Part shown: one piece after another, positions 15,365-24,205 of the stretch
Layout of the letters: every line of letters starts with the position of its first letter
Numbering within the stretch: position 1 is the stretch's first letter
From: an uncultured Gemmatimonadales bacterium
GTDB lineage: Bacteria > Gemmatimonadota > Gemmatimonadetes > Longimicrobiales > RSA9
Reading direction: 5' to 3'
NCBI GenBank assembly: GCA_963798855.1
Contig: CAWCUU010000001.1
Coordinates: 629,689 to 693,688 of the forward strand
Length of the DNA: 64,000 nt
Translations under genes and position numbers: made by a program
Notes under the pieces: model-generated
Databases searched by the model: none
What the model was told of the DNA's origin: nothing
What the model saw: the letters and a program-made list of their open reading frames with translations, nothing else

Positions 15365-16336
15365 ATGAAGCTGAAGGGCGGAGTCCTTCACTGGCTCAAC
15401 CGCCTCGTCGGCGTCGCACTCGCCGTCTTCGCGGTCTGGGCGGCGTGGCGTTTCCCGTGGGGAGAGACGCGCGCGGCGCTGGAGCAGGCCACCTACTGGC
15501 CACTGGCGATCGCGGTCATCACGAACCTGCTCGGTCTCGTGGCGCGTAGCTGGGCGTGGCACCTACTGCTCAAGCCGGCGGCGCCGAACCGGCTCAAGAT
15601 CGCGCTGGAAGCCTCCCTGATCGGCAACGCGCTCGCGAGCGTCTCCATCGCGGTCGCGGGTGAGGGATCGCGCGCGAAGTTCATCTCGCGACGCGATGAC
15701 GTGCCCATGGGCCTGGCGGTCGCGGCGATCGTCTGGAGCCGCGTCCTGGAGGGCGTCGCGCTCGTCCTGCTGTTGCTGCTCGCACCGCCGTTCCTGCACC
15801 TGCCGCCTCAGCTCCGCTGGATCCACCTGGCTGGTGTCATCGTCGCTCTCGTCGCGCTCATCGTGCTCGCCCTGCGGCAGCGCTTCAGCCTGTCACGCTA
15901 CGCCCCCGGCTTCCTGCGCGCTCCTGTCGAGACGATGAAGAAGATCCCGTTCGGCGGCCCTCGTCTCGTCGGGCCGCTCGTGTTCTCGCTCATGCACTGG
16001 ATCACCCAGGTCGCGACGTACCAGCTCACCTTCCTCGCTCTGGGCGTGCGGCTTCCTCTCGCCGGCGCCTTCGTCGCGGTCGTCGTCGCGAACCTCGCCT
16101 GGGCCTTCCGCTTCACGCCGGGCAACGTCGGCGTGATGCAGGGCTCGATCGCGCTCGCTCTGCTCCCGTTCGGGATTGCGACGACCAGCTCCGTTCTCGC
16201 CGGCATTCTGCTGCAGGCGCTGCAGGTGATTCCCGTCATCGCGCTGGCCGCGTTCTTCGCGGGAATCCGCGGGCTCGGCCGCCTCAAGTCGGAGGAGGAG
16301 GAGGAGTCGGCCGGGCAGGCTGAGCTGGAGACGTGA
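15365..16336 (+). CDS. Integral membrane protein, UPF0104 / lysylphosphatidylglycerol-synthase-TM-like family
   Basis: Start taken at MKLKGGVL (ATG 15365). About eight hydrophobic helices and a family-like N-terminus (WRFPWGETRAALEQATYWPLAIAV..ARSWAWHLLL). Assignment by resemblance only. Confidence 0.55.
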   Translation: MKLKGGVLHWLNRLVGVALAVFAVWAAWRFPWGETRAALEQATYWPLAIAVITNLLGLVARSWAWHLLLKPAAPNRLKIALEASLIGNALASVSIAVAGEGSRAKFISRRDDVPMGLAVAAIVWSRVLEGVALVLLLLLAPPFLHLPPQLRWIHLAGVIVALVALIVLALRQRFSLSRYAPGFLRAPVETMKKIPFGGPRLVGPLVFSLMHWITQVATYQLTFLALGVRLPLAGAFVAVVVANLAWAFRFTPGNVGVMQGSIALALLPFGIATTSSVLAGILLQALQVIPVIALAAFFAGIRGLGRLKSEEEEESAGQAELET

Positions 16337-16525
16337 TCGGGCCGGACAAGCCTCGGGCGGCGGCAGCGGCCGAGGCCGCCAGCCCCCGCATCTCCTCTCG
16401 CTGTCCGGCGGCGGCGCCAATGCGCTCTCGTCGGCGGCAGCCGTGCGGCTGACCCGCCCCTTGCGATCACCCGGCTGCCCCGAAAGATTCCCCCGCCTCG
16501 ACCCCCAAAGAGGAAGGCCTGCTAC

Positions 16526-17002
16526 TTGGGCAGAACGATCGCTCTCGGCGCCATCCTGCTGGCGCTCTGGTTCCTGCTGTCGGGCGTCTTCGAGCCGCTC
16601 TTTTACGGCTACGCCGCCTTCTCGGTCGTGCTGACGGTCTACATCGCGAATCGTATGGATGTCATCGACCGGGAGGGGCTCCCCGTGCACCTCACGGCTC
16701 GCGCGATCACCTACCTCCCGTGGCTGGTCTGGGAGATCGCGAAGTCCAACGTCGCCGTGATGAAGGTGATCCTCTCACCGTCGCTGCCCATCACCCCGAC
16801 GATCGTCCGCTTCCGAGGGATGCAGCGCACCGACCTCGGTCGCTTCGTTTTCGCCAACTCGATCACGCTCACGCCGGGCACGATCACGATCGGCGTCGAG
16901 GAGGACCAGTTCGAGGTGCACGCGCTCGTCTCCGGAATGGTGGACGGGATGGAGGAGGGGCCGATGAACCGGAAAGTGAGCCGGCTGGAGGGTGACACAT
17001 AA
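16526..17002 (+). CDS. mnhE: Mrp/Mnh cation:proton antiporter subunit E
   Basis: TTG start with an AGGAAGG Shine-Dalgarno upstream. LWFLLSG...LPWLVWEIAKSNVAVMKVIL...FANSITLTPGTITIGVEEDQFEVHAL is a typical MnhE signature. Confidence 0.75.
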   Translation: MGRTIALGAILLALWFLLSGVFEPLFYGYAAFSVVLTVYIANRMDVIDREGLPVHLTARAITYLPWLVWEIAKSNVAVMKVILSPSLPITPTIVRFRGMQRTDLGRFVFANSITLTPGTITIGVEEDQFEVHALVSGMVDGMEEGPMNRKVSRLEGDT

Positions 17003-17286
17003 TGTTCATCGCCACGGGGGGGGCGATCCTGGTCACGATGCTGCTCGCGATGACCCGGGCGCTGCTCGGGCCCACCGTCTACGACCGGGTGCTCGCGCTG
17101 AACATGTTCGGCACGAAGACGGTCCTGATCATCGCCGTCCTCGGCTTCATCAACGGCCGCCCCGAGTTCCTCGACATCGCCCTGATCTATGCGCTCATGA
17201 ACTTCATCGGGACCATCGCCGTCCTCAAGTTCTTCGCCTTCGGCCACCTCGGCGGACCTTCTCCGCGCAGGGGAGAGGCGCCGTGA
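17002..17286 (+). CDS. mnhF: Mrp/Mnh antiporter subunit F
   Basis: 94 aa, three TM helices, LLGPTVYDRVLALNMFGTKTVLIIAVLG...IALIYALMNFIGTIAVLKF. Confidence 0.85.
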   Translation: MFIATGGAILVTMLLAMTRALLGPTVYDRVLALNMFGTKTVLIIAVLGFINGRPEFLDIALIYALMNFIGTIAVLKFFAFGHLGGPSPRRGEAP

Positions 17287-17603
17287 GCACCGTTGACGTC
17301 GTCAGCTGGGCGCTGCTCATGGGTGGCTCCTTCTTCGCACTCGTGGGCGGCATCGGGGTCCTGCGGCTGCCGGACGTCTTCACGCGCATGCACGCCTCGG
17401 GCATCACGGACACACTCGGCGCCGGACTGATCCTGGCCGGGCTCATGGTGCAGGCCGGCTTCACAATGGTGACCGTCAAGCTGATCCTGGTCCTGCTCTT
17501 CCTCTGGTTCACGAGCCCGGTGTCCACGCACGCCCTGGCCCGCTCGGCGCTGCACGGCGGTGTGCAGCCGATCCTCCACGAAGACCGGCGGGGCGACGAC
17601 TGA
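17283..17603 (+). CDS. mnhG: Mrp/Mnh antiporter subunit G
   Basis: GTG at 17283 overlaps the mnhF stop (GTGA). FFALVGGIGVLRLPDVFTRMHASGITDTLGAGLIL...SPVSTHALARSA is a typical MnhG pattern. Confidence 0.85.
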   Translation: MSTVDVVSWALLMGGSFFALVGGIGVLRLPDVFTRMHASGITDTLGAGLILAGLMVQAGFTMVTVKLILVLLFLWFTSPVSTHALARSALHGGVQPILHEDRRGDD

Positions 17604-18178
17604 TGGACATCGACCGCATCATCGACTTCGGCCTGCTCGCGCTGCTCGCCGTCACCGCCCTCGGCGCTCTACGCCTGCGCAACCTTTTCGCCGTGGTGAT
17701 GCTGACGGGCATCTACAGCCTCCTCTCCGCCAGCCTCTGGGTCGTCATGGACGCGGTCGATGTCGCGTTCACGGAGGCCGCCGTCGGCGCCGGCATCTCG
17801 ACCGTGCTGTTCCTCGGTACGCTCGGCCTGGTCGGCAGTCGCGAAAAGAAGCCGGCGCACGGGCGTATCCTGCCGCTCCTCGTCGTGCTCGTGACCGGCG
17901 GCATCCTCGTCTACGGCTCGCTCGACCTGCCGTATTACGGCGAGCCCGACAACCCGATCCACCAGCACGTCGCGCCCCGCTACATCGAGAAGACCGGTGA
18001 GGAGATCGGCGTGCCGAACATCGTGACGGCCGTGCTCGCGGCGTATCGCGGCTACGACACCATGGGGGAGACCACCGTGATCTTCACGGCTGCCGTCGGC
18101 GTGCTCCTGCTGCTCGGAAAGCCCACGCTCTGGCGGCGTGGAACCGACCCGGAAGCGGGCGACGAGGAGGCCACATGA
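17603..18178 (+). CDS. Mrp membrane subunit, DUF4040 (MbhD-like) plus MnhB-related segment
   Basis: LLALLAVTALGALRLRNLFAVVMLTGIYSLLSASLWVVMDAVDVAFTEAAVGAGIST (DUF4040-like), then NIVTAVLAAYRGYDTMGETTVIF (MnhB/MbhE-like). TGATG overlap with mnhG. Confidence 0.72.
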   Translation: MDIDRIIDFGLLALLAVTALGALRLRNLFAVVMLTGIYSLLSASLWVVMDAVDVAFTEAAVGAGISTVLFLGTLGLVGSREKKPAHGRILPLLVVLVTGGILVYGSLDLPYYGEPDNPIHQHVAPRYIEKTGEEIGVPNIVTAVLAAYRGYDTMGETTVIFTAAVGVLLLLGKPTLWRRGTDPEAGDEEAT

Positions 18179-18597
18179 GGGAGCAGGTCGTGCTGCGGGT
18201 CGCCACCAAGATCCTGGCGCCGCCGATCGTGCTCTTCGCGCTGTACGTACAGTTCCACGGCGACATCAGCCCGGGCGGCGGCTTCCAGGGCGGCGTGATC
18301 ATGGCCGCAGCCTTCATTCTCTACGCTCTCGTCTTCGGCCTCGACACCGCGCAGCGCGTGCTCCCCGTCTGGCTGTTGAAGATCCTCGCCGCCGTGGGCG
18401 TGCTGATCTATTCCGGCACGGGCGTGCTCTCGCTCCTGTTGGGCGGCGATTTCCTCGATTACGGCGTGCTCAGGCACGATCCCGTTCACGGCCAGGAGCT
18501 CGGGATCTTCATGGTCGAGGCGGGCGTGTTCATCACGGTCTTCGGCGTCATGACCGCGCTCTTCTTCACGTTCGCCGGACGGGAGAGATCGGAGTGA
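18175..18597 (+). CDS. mnhB: Mrp/Mnh antiporter subunit B
   Basis: FALYVQFHGDISPGGGFQGGVIMAAAFILYAL is the MnhB core motif. ATGA overlap upstream. Confidence 0.8.
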   Translation: MREQVVLRVATKILAPPIVLFALYVQFHGDISPGGGFQGGVIMAAAFILYALVFGLDTAQRVLPVWLLKILAAVGVLIYSGTGVLSLLLGGDFLDYGVLRHDPVHGQELGIFMVEAGVFITVFGVMTALFFTFAGRERSE

Positions 18598-18953
18598 CAC
18601 GCATCATCGGGCTCTACAACTATTGGATCGTCATCTTCCTGATGATGGCGGGCTTCTACGTGCTCATCGCGCGGGGCAACCTCGTGAAGAAGGTGGTCGG
18701 ACTGAACATCTTCCAGACGTCCGTCATCATCTTCTACATCAGCATGGGCCGGATCCGCGGCGGGACCGCGCCGATCCTCATCGAGGGCAAGACGCCAGTC
18801 TACTCCAATCCGATCCCGATGGTGCTGATGCTGACGGCGATCGTCGTCGGCGTCGCGACCACGGCCGTCGCGCTCGCGCTGGTCGTTCGCATCAAGGAAG
18901 CCTACGGCACCGTGGAGGAAGACGAGATCGACGCGATGGAGCGCGATACGTGA
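18594..18953 (+). CDS. mnhC: Mrp/Mnh antiporter subunit C (NuoK-like)
   Basis: GTG at 18594 overlaps the mnhB stop. YNYWIVIFLMMAGFYVLIARGNLVKKVVGLNIFQTSVIIFYIS...LTAIVVGVATTAVALALVVRI. Confidence 0.85.
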   Translation: MTRIIGLYNYWIVIFLMMAGFYVLIARGNLVKKVVGLNIFQTSVIIFYISMGRIRGGTAPILIEGKTPVYSNPIPMVLMLTAIVVGVATTAVALALVVRIKEAYGTVEEDEIDAMERDT

Positions 18954-20431
18954 GCTCCACGCACATCCCGCCGCTGCAGGTCGTCATCCCGCTGATGGCC
19001 GCGCTGGCGGCCTCTCTGCTGCCCCGCCCGCGCCTCGCCTGGGCGTGGGCCGTTGCCGTTTCCTGGGCCGTTCTCGGCATGGCTGCGGTGCTCCTGCACC
19101 GTGTGCTCGCCTCCGGCATGATCTCCTATCCCCTCGGCGGCTGGGCGCCCCCATGGGGGATCGAGTACCGGATCGATCCGCTCAACGCGCTCATGCTCGT
19201 GCTCGTCGCCGGGATCGGCGCCGTCGTTCTCCCTTTCGCCCGCGACAGCGTCGAAAGCGAGGTGGAGCGGGGTCGGATCCCGCTCTTCTACTCGGCGTTC
19301 CTGCTCTCGCTGGCGGGACTTCTCGGCATCGCGATCACCGGCGACGTCTTCAACCTCTTCGTCTTCCTCGAGATCTCCTCCCTGTCGACCTACGCGCTCG
19401 TGGCGATGGGGCGGGACCGCAGGGCGCTGACCGCCGCCTACCGTTACCTGATCATGGGCGCGATCGGTGCCACGTTCATCGTGATCGGTATCGGCCTGCT
19501 GTACGCCGTCACCGGAACGCTGAACATGGCCGACCTGGCGGAACGGCTACCCGCGCTATACGGACAGCGGACGGTCGGCGTGGCGTTCGCGTTCCTGACC
19601 GTGGGCATCAGCCTCAAGCTCGCGCTCTTTCCGCTGCACCTCTGGCTGCCGAACGCATACGCCTACGCGCCTTCCGCGGTGACTGCCTTCGTCGCGTCGA
19701 CCTCGACGAAGGTCGCCGTGTACATGCTGCTGCGCTTCTTCTTCACGGTCTTCGGCTTCGAGTTCTCCTTCGGCGTGATGCAGCTCGACGCGGTGCTGCT
19801 GCCGCTCGCGTTGATCGCGATGCTCAGCACATCGCTGGTGGCGATCTTCCAGGACAACGTGAAGCGCATGCTGGCTTATTCCAGCCTGGCGCAGATCGGC
19901 TACATCATCCTCGGCATCAGCATCGGCACGATCACGGGCCTGACCGGCGGCGTGCTGCACCTGTTCAACCACGCGCTCATCAAGGGCGCGCTGTTCATGG
20001 CGATGGGCTGCGTCATGTACCGCGTCGGCTCCGTGAGCCTGGACTCGATGGCGGGGCTCGGGCGGCGCATGCCGCTGACCATGGCCGCGTTCGTCGCTGC
20101 GGGGCTCAGCCTGATCGGCGTGCCGCTCACCGTCGGCTTCATCAGCAAGTGGTACCTGGTCCTGGGCGCGCTGGAGCGGGGTTGGTGGGGCGTCGTCCTG
20201 CTCGTTTTGTTCACCTCGCTTCTCGCCGTCGTCTACATCTGGCGGGTCGTCGAGGTCGCCTACTTCCGAGCGCCGCCCGGCGGGGAGCGAACGCGCATCG
20301 AGGCCCCGGCGTTGATGCTCGTGCCGACCTGGGTCCTCGTCCTCGCGAACTTCTTCTTCGGCATCCACACCTCCCTGACCGTCGGCGTCGCGCGCCGGGC
20401 CGCCGCGCTGCTGCTCGGAGGCGGCCGGTGA
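18950..20431 (+). CDS. mnhD: Antiporter-like pump subunit, MrpD/NuoN family (copy 1)
   Basis: GTG at 18950 overlaps the mnhC stop. About 14 TM helices. FVFLEISSLSTYALV, LHLWLPNAYAYAPSAVTAF, AYSSLAQIGYIILG and HALIKGALFMAMG are proton-pump family motifs. Confidence 0.85.
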   Translation: MSSTHIPPLQVVIPLMAALAASLLPRPRLAWAWAVAVSWAVLGMAAVLLHRVLASGMISYPLGGWAPPWGIEYRIDPLNALMLVLVAGIGAVVLPFARDSVESEVERGRIPLFYSAFLLSLAGLLGIAITGDVFNLFVFLEISSLSTYALVAMGRDRRALTAAYRYLIMGAIGATFIVIGIGLLYAVTGTLNMADLAERLPALYGQRTVGVAFAFLTVGISLKLALFPLHLWLPNAYAYAPSAVTAFVASTSTKVAVYMLLRFFFTVFGFEFSFGVMQLDAVLLPLALIAMLSTSLVAIFQDNVKRMLAYSSLAQIGYIILGISIGTITGLTGGVLHLFNHALIKGALFMAMGCVMYRVGSVSLDSMAGLGRRMPLTMAAFVAAGLSLIGVPLTVGFISKWYLVLGALERGWWGVVLLVLFTSLLAVVYIWRVVEVAYFRAPPGGERTRIEAPALMLVPTWVLVLANFFFGIHTSLTVGVARRAAALLLGGGR

Positions 20432-21894
20432 GCACGACGTCGCTCGTGCCCCTCACGCTCCTCGTCCCGCTCGTCGGCGCGGGGCTCATCGCGCTCCTCG
20501 GCGGCCGACCGAACCTGCGCGAGGCCGCGACGCTGCTCACCGCCGGCGTCCTCTTCGGGCTCGTGCTCCGGCTGGTACCGACCGTCGCGGCGGCGCCGAG
20601 CGCGCCTCTCGTGCTCGCGGAGCCGCTGCCCGGCCTGCCGATCGCGCTGAACGTCGAGCCGCTCGGGATGCTGTTCGCGATCGTCGCGAGCTCGCTGTGG
20701 ATCGTCACGTCGATCTACTCGATCGGCTACATGCGAGCGCACCACGAGGCGCACCAGACCCGGTTCTACCTCTTCTTCGCGCTCGCCATCGCGTCCGTGA
20801 TGGGCATCGCGTTCTCCGCTAACCTGCTGACGTTGTTCATCTTCTATGAGGCGCTGACGCTTTCGACCTTCCCGCTCGTGACGCACGAGCAGACGACGGA
20901 AGCACGTCGCGCGGGCCGCGTCTATCTGGGCGTCCTCCTCGGCACGTCCATCGTGCTGCTGCTCTTCGCCATCATCTGGACCTACTCCATCGCCGGCACT
21001 CTCGACTTCAGGCGTGGCGGCATCCTGGCCGGCCACGCTTCGCCGGTCGCGCTCTGGATCCTGCTCGGGCTATACCTCTTCGGCGTCGGCAAGGCCGCGG
21101 TCATGCCCGTCCACCGCTGGCTACCCGCCGCCATGGTGGCGCCGACGCCGGTCAGCGCGCTGCTGCATGCGGTCGCGGTGGTGAAGGCGGGCGTGTTCAC
21201 GATCCTGAAGGTGGTCGTCTACATCTTCGGCATCGATCTGCTCGCGCGCACGGGCGCGAGCGTCTGGGCGATGTACGTCGCGGCTACGACGATCCTGCTC
21301 GGCTCCCTCGTCGCCTTCGGCAAGGACAACCTGAAGGAGCGGCTCGCCTACTCGACGATCAGCCAACTCTCCTACATCGTGCTCGGCGCGATGCTCGCGA
21401 ACCGCTGGGGGGTCATCGGTGGCGGGCTCCACATCGTGATGCACGCGTTCGGCAAGATCACGCTCTTCTTCTGCGCCGGCGCGATCATGGTGGCGAGCCA
21501 TCGTACGGAGGTCAGCCAGATGGACGGCCTGGGGCGACGCATGCCGATCACGTTCGGGGCGTTCTTCGTCGGGGCGCTGAGCGTGATCGGGCTGCCGCTG
21601 GGCGGCGGCGTGTGGAGCAAGTGGTACCTGGCGCTCGGCACGCTGCACGCGCACCAGCTCGCGCTGCTCTTCGTGCTGATGCTCAGCTCGGTGCTGAACC
21701 TCGGCTACCTGCTGGTCGTGCCGGTTCGCGCGTTCTTCTATCCGCCGCGCGGCGACGACGCCCGCGAGGTGGGGGTGCGCGAGGCACCCTGGCCCTCGGT
21801 GCTGGCCCTTTCCGTCACCGCGCTCGCGACCATGTGGCTGTTCTTCTTCCCGGAACCGTTCTTCCGCCTGCTCTCGCTGGTGGTGGCACCATGA
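20428..21894 (+). CDS. mnhD: Antiporter-like pump subunit, MrpD/NuoN family (copy 2)
   Basis: GTG at 20428 overlaps the upstream stop. FIFYEALTLSTFPLV, VHRWLPAAMVAPTPVSALLHAVAVVKAGVF, AYSTISQLSYIVLG, HAFGKITLFFCAG. Confidence 0.85.
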   Translation: MSTTSLVPLTLLVPLVGAGLIALLGGRPNLREAATLLTAGVLFGLVLRLVPTVAAAPSAPLVLAEPLPGLPIALNVEPLGMLFAIVASSLWIVTSIYSIGYMRAHHEAHQTRFYLFFALAIASVMGIAFSANLLTLFIFYEALTLSTFPLVTHEQTTEARRAGRVYLGVLLGTSIVLLLFAIIWTYSIAGTLDFRRGGILAGHASPVALWILLGLYLFGVGKAAVMPVHRWLPAAMVAPTPVSALLHAVAVVKAGVFTILKVVVYIFGIDLLARTGASVWAMYVAATTILLGSLVAFGKDNLKERLAYSTISQLSYIVLGAMLANRWGVIGGGLHIVMHAFGKITLFFCAGAIMVASHRTEVSQMDGLGRRMPITFGAFFVGALSVIGLPLGGGVWSKWYLALGTLHAHQLALLFVLMLSSVLNLGYLLVVPVRAFFYPPRGDDAREVGVREAPWPSVLALSVTALATMWLFFFPEPFFRLLSLVVAP

Positions 21895-22106
21895 CCGTCA
21901 AAGCGATGCTGTGGGGTTTCACCGGGCTCGGGATCGTGGCACTGCTCCTCGATCTCTTCGTGCACCGCCACGTGATCGACCCGTGGGAGCGACTCTTCGG
22001 CTTCTACGCGCTGTTCGGCTTCATTGGCGTGACCGCGCTCGTCTACGGCGCGAAGCTCCTGCGCAGGATCGTGATGCGCGACGAGGACTACTACGATGTG
22101 GATTGA
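21891..22106 (+). CDS. Small two-TM membrane protein embedded in the mrp cluster
   Basis: ATG at 21891 overlaps the upstream stop (ATGA). 71 aa, MTVKAMLWGFTGLGIVALLLDLF...FYALFGFIGVTALVYGAKLL. Translationally coupled on both sides. No family recognised. Confidence 0.5.
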   Translation: MTVKAMLWGFTGLGIVALLLDLFVHRHVIDPWERLFGFYALFGFIGVTALVYGAKLLRRIVMRDEDYYDVD

Positions 22107-23799
22107 CGCGCCGCCGTTCCTGATCTTCTTCGTCGGCGCCGCCTTCGCCGCCGTGCTGCGCGGGAAGGCGCGCGCGGCCGTCATGCTGCTCGTCCCGGTC
22201 CTCGGCGCGTTGAACCTGATCGGGGCGGCCTCCGGCGTGCACCTCCAGGTCGGCTTCTTCGGCTACCGGCTCGAGCCGTTCCGCGTCGACCGCCTCAGCC
22301 TGCTGTTCGCCTTCCTGTTCCACATCGCCGCGTTCATCGGCTTCCTCTATTCGCTCCACCTCTGCCGTGAGGAGAAGGCGACGCTCCAGCACACGGCAGG
22401 AATGATGTACGCCGGCAGCGCGGTCGGCGCCGTATTCGCCGGCGACCTGCTCACGTTCTTCGTGTTCTGGGAGCTGCTGAGCGTCACGTCCGTGTTCCTG
22501 ATCTGGGCACGCGGGACGCACCGCTCGATCCGCGCCGGTGGCCGTTACCTCATCGTGCAGGTCGTCGCGGGAGTCGTGTTCCTGGCGGGAGTGCTCGTCT
22601 ACTACAACGACACCGGCAGCCTCGAGTTCGGGCACATGACGCTGAGCGGGCTCGGCCCCTGGCTGATGTTCGTCGCGATTGGCGCGAAGTGCGGTTTTCC
22701 GCTGCTGCACAACTGGCTGACCGACGCCTACCCCGAGGCGACCGTCACCGGCACGTTCTTCCTCAGCGCCTTCACGACCAAGGTCGGCATCTACGCTCTC
22801 GCCCGCGGCTTCGCGGGCACCGAGATGCTGATCTACATCGGCGCGGTGATGACCGCGTTCCCGATCTTCTACGCCGTGATCGAGAACGACCTGCGCCGCG
22901 TGCTCGGCTACAGCATGATCAACCAGATCGGCTTCATGGTCGTCGGCATCGGCATCGGCACGGCGCTGTCCGTCGACGGCGCCGTCGCCCACGCCTTCAA
23001 CGAGGTCATCTTCAAGGGCCTGCTCTTCATGTCGATGGGCGCGGTGCTCTATCGCACCGGTACCATCAATGGCTCGGACCTCGGAGGGCTCTACAAGAGC
23101 ATGCCGTTCAGCGCCGCGATGTCCATGGTCGGCGCCGCGTCGATCTCCGCCTTTCCGCTCTTCAGCGGCTTCGTCAGCAAGTCGATGATCATGTCCGCGG
23201 CCGCCGAGCACGGCTACCACTGGATCTGGCTCGTGCTGCTCTTCGCCTCCGCGGGCGTCGTCGAGCACGCCGGCATCAAGATCCCGTTCTTCGGATTCTT
23301 CGGTCACGACTCGGGGATTCGCACGGAGGAGGCGCCGCTGAACATGCGCGTCGCGATGGCCATCGCGGCTGCCCTGTGTATCGCCGTCGGCGTGCTGCCG
23401 CAGACCTTTTACTCGTTGTTGCCGTTCCACGTGACCTACACCCCCTACGACACCGGTCACGTCGTCGAGCAGATCCAGCTGTTGTTCTTCTCTATGCTCG
23501 CCGTCTTCTGGCTCATGCGACTCGGCCTCTACCCCGCCGAGCGACACGCCGTCAACCTCGACAGCGACTGGTTCTACCGCCGCCTCGCGCCGAGGCTGGT
23601 GCGCGGCATCGGCGGCGCCGCGCTCGCGCTCGACCGTCGAGTCCGCTCCGTCGCGACGCGGCTCGTCCGCTCCGTCGTCGGCAGCGCGTCGCGCCACCAC
23701 GGCCCCCAGGCCGCCCTCGCCTCCACCTGGCCGGCCGGAAGCATGGTCATGTGGGTGACGATCCTGCTCGCGGCGTACCTCGTGTTCTACCTGTTCTAG
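22096..23799 (+). CDS. Antiporter-like pump subunit, MrpD/MrpA/NuoL-N family (copy 3)
   Basis: 567 aa. FVFWELLSVTSVFLIW, LLHNWLTDAYPEATVTGTFFLSAFTTKVGIY, GYSMINQIGFMVVG, HAFNEVIFKGLLFMSMG. Confidence 0.85.
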   Translation: MWIDAPPFLIFFVGAAFAAVLRGKARAAVMLLVPVLGALNLIGAASGVHLQVGFFGYRLEPFRVDRLSLLFAFLFHIAAFIGFLYSLHLCREEKATLQHTAGMMYAGSAVGAVFAGDLLTFFVFWELLSVTSVFLIWARGTHRSIRAGGRYLIVQVVAGVVFLAGVLVYYNDTGSLEFGHMTLSGLGPWLMFVAIGAKCGFPLLHNWLTDAYPEATVTGTFFLSAFTTKVGIYALARGFAGTEMLIYIGAVMTAFPIFYAVIENDLRRVLGYSMINQIGFMVVGIGIGTALSVDGAVAHAFNEVIFKGLLFMSMGAVLYRTGTINGSDLGGLYKSMPFSAAMSMVGAASISAFPLFSGFVSKSMIMSAAAEHGYHWIWLVLLFASAGVVEHAGIKIPFFGFFGHDSGIRTEEAPLNMRVAMAIAAALCIAVGVLPQTFYSLLPFHVTYTPYDTGHVVEQIQLLFFSMLAVFWLMRLGLYPAERHAVNLDSDWFYRRLAPRLVRGIGGAALALDRRVRSVATRLVRSVVGSASRHHGPQAALASTWPAGSMVMWVTILLAAYLVFYLF

Positions 23800-24075
23800 C
23801 AGGTCGCTGAAGAATGGAAGCGAGCCGCGTTGCGAGCGCCACGGGGCCGGACGCGAGGCGGCGCGACGACGCAATGCCAGGGCGCATCTCGGAGGAGCGG
23901 CAACGACGCAGACGACCCCGTGCCGCCACAACCCGAAGGGAGCAGGGGGGTTGCGGCCTCACTCATTGTTGCTCGTCGTCGCCATAGCGCTGCTATGACT
24001 CCTCCTCGCGCCTTGATTGAGGCTCCGCAAGCCCCCTGCTCGCGGCCGCACTCCCATTTTTCAGCGACCTGCTAG
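23796..24075. mobile_element. MITE-like / long structured inverted-repeat element flanked by CTAG
   Basis: CTAG-CAGGTCGCTGAAgAATGG... at 23796 and ...CCATTtTTCAGCGACCTG-CTAG ending at 24075. Perfect 16-nt inverted match including CTAG, extendable imperfectly to ~30 nt. A second nested long stem pairs 23940-23965 with 24014-24041. The left CTAG contains the TAG stop of the last mrp gene. No ORF with coding character inside. Confidence 0.5.
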
Positions 24076-24205
24076 GGCGCGCGCCGGCGCCCGTCCCGGG
24101 CGAGCGCGGGCGCGTGGGCGAGGGCTGCGCCTGGGGTACTCGTTGAGCCCCGCCGCGGATCCCAAGCGAGCAGCACTCAGTCCGTTCGGCGCACGCCGTC
24201 GCCCC

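Noticed and set aside
15122-15562. ORFs 15122..15562(-) and 15048..15245(-) across the second hairpin array.
   Set aside because: They are repeat-derived low-complexity translations that overlap the start of the UPF0104 membrane protein gene on the other strand.
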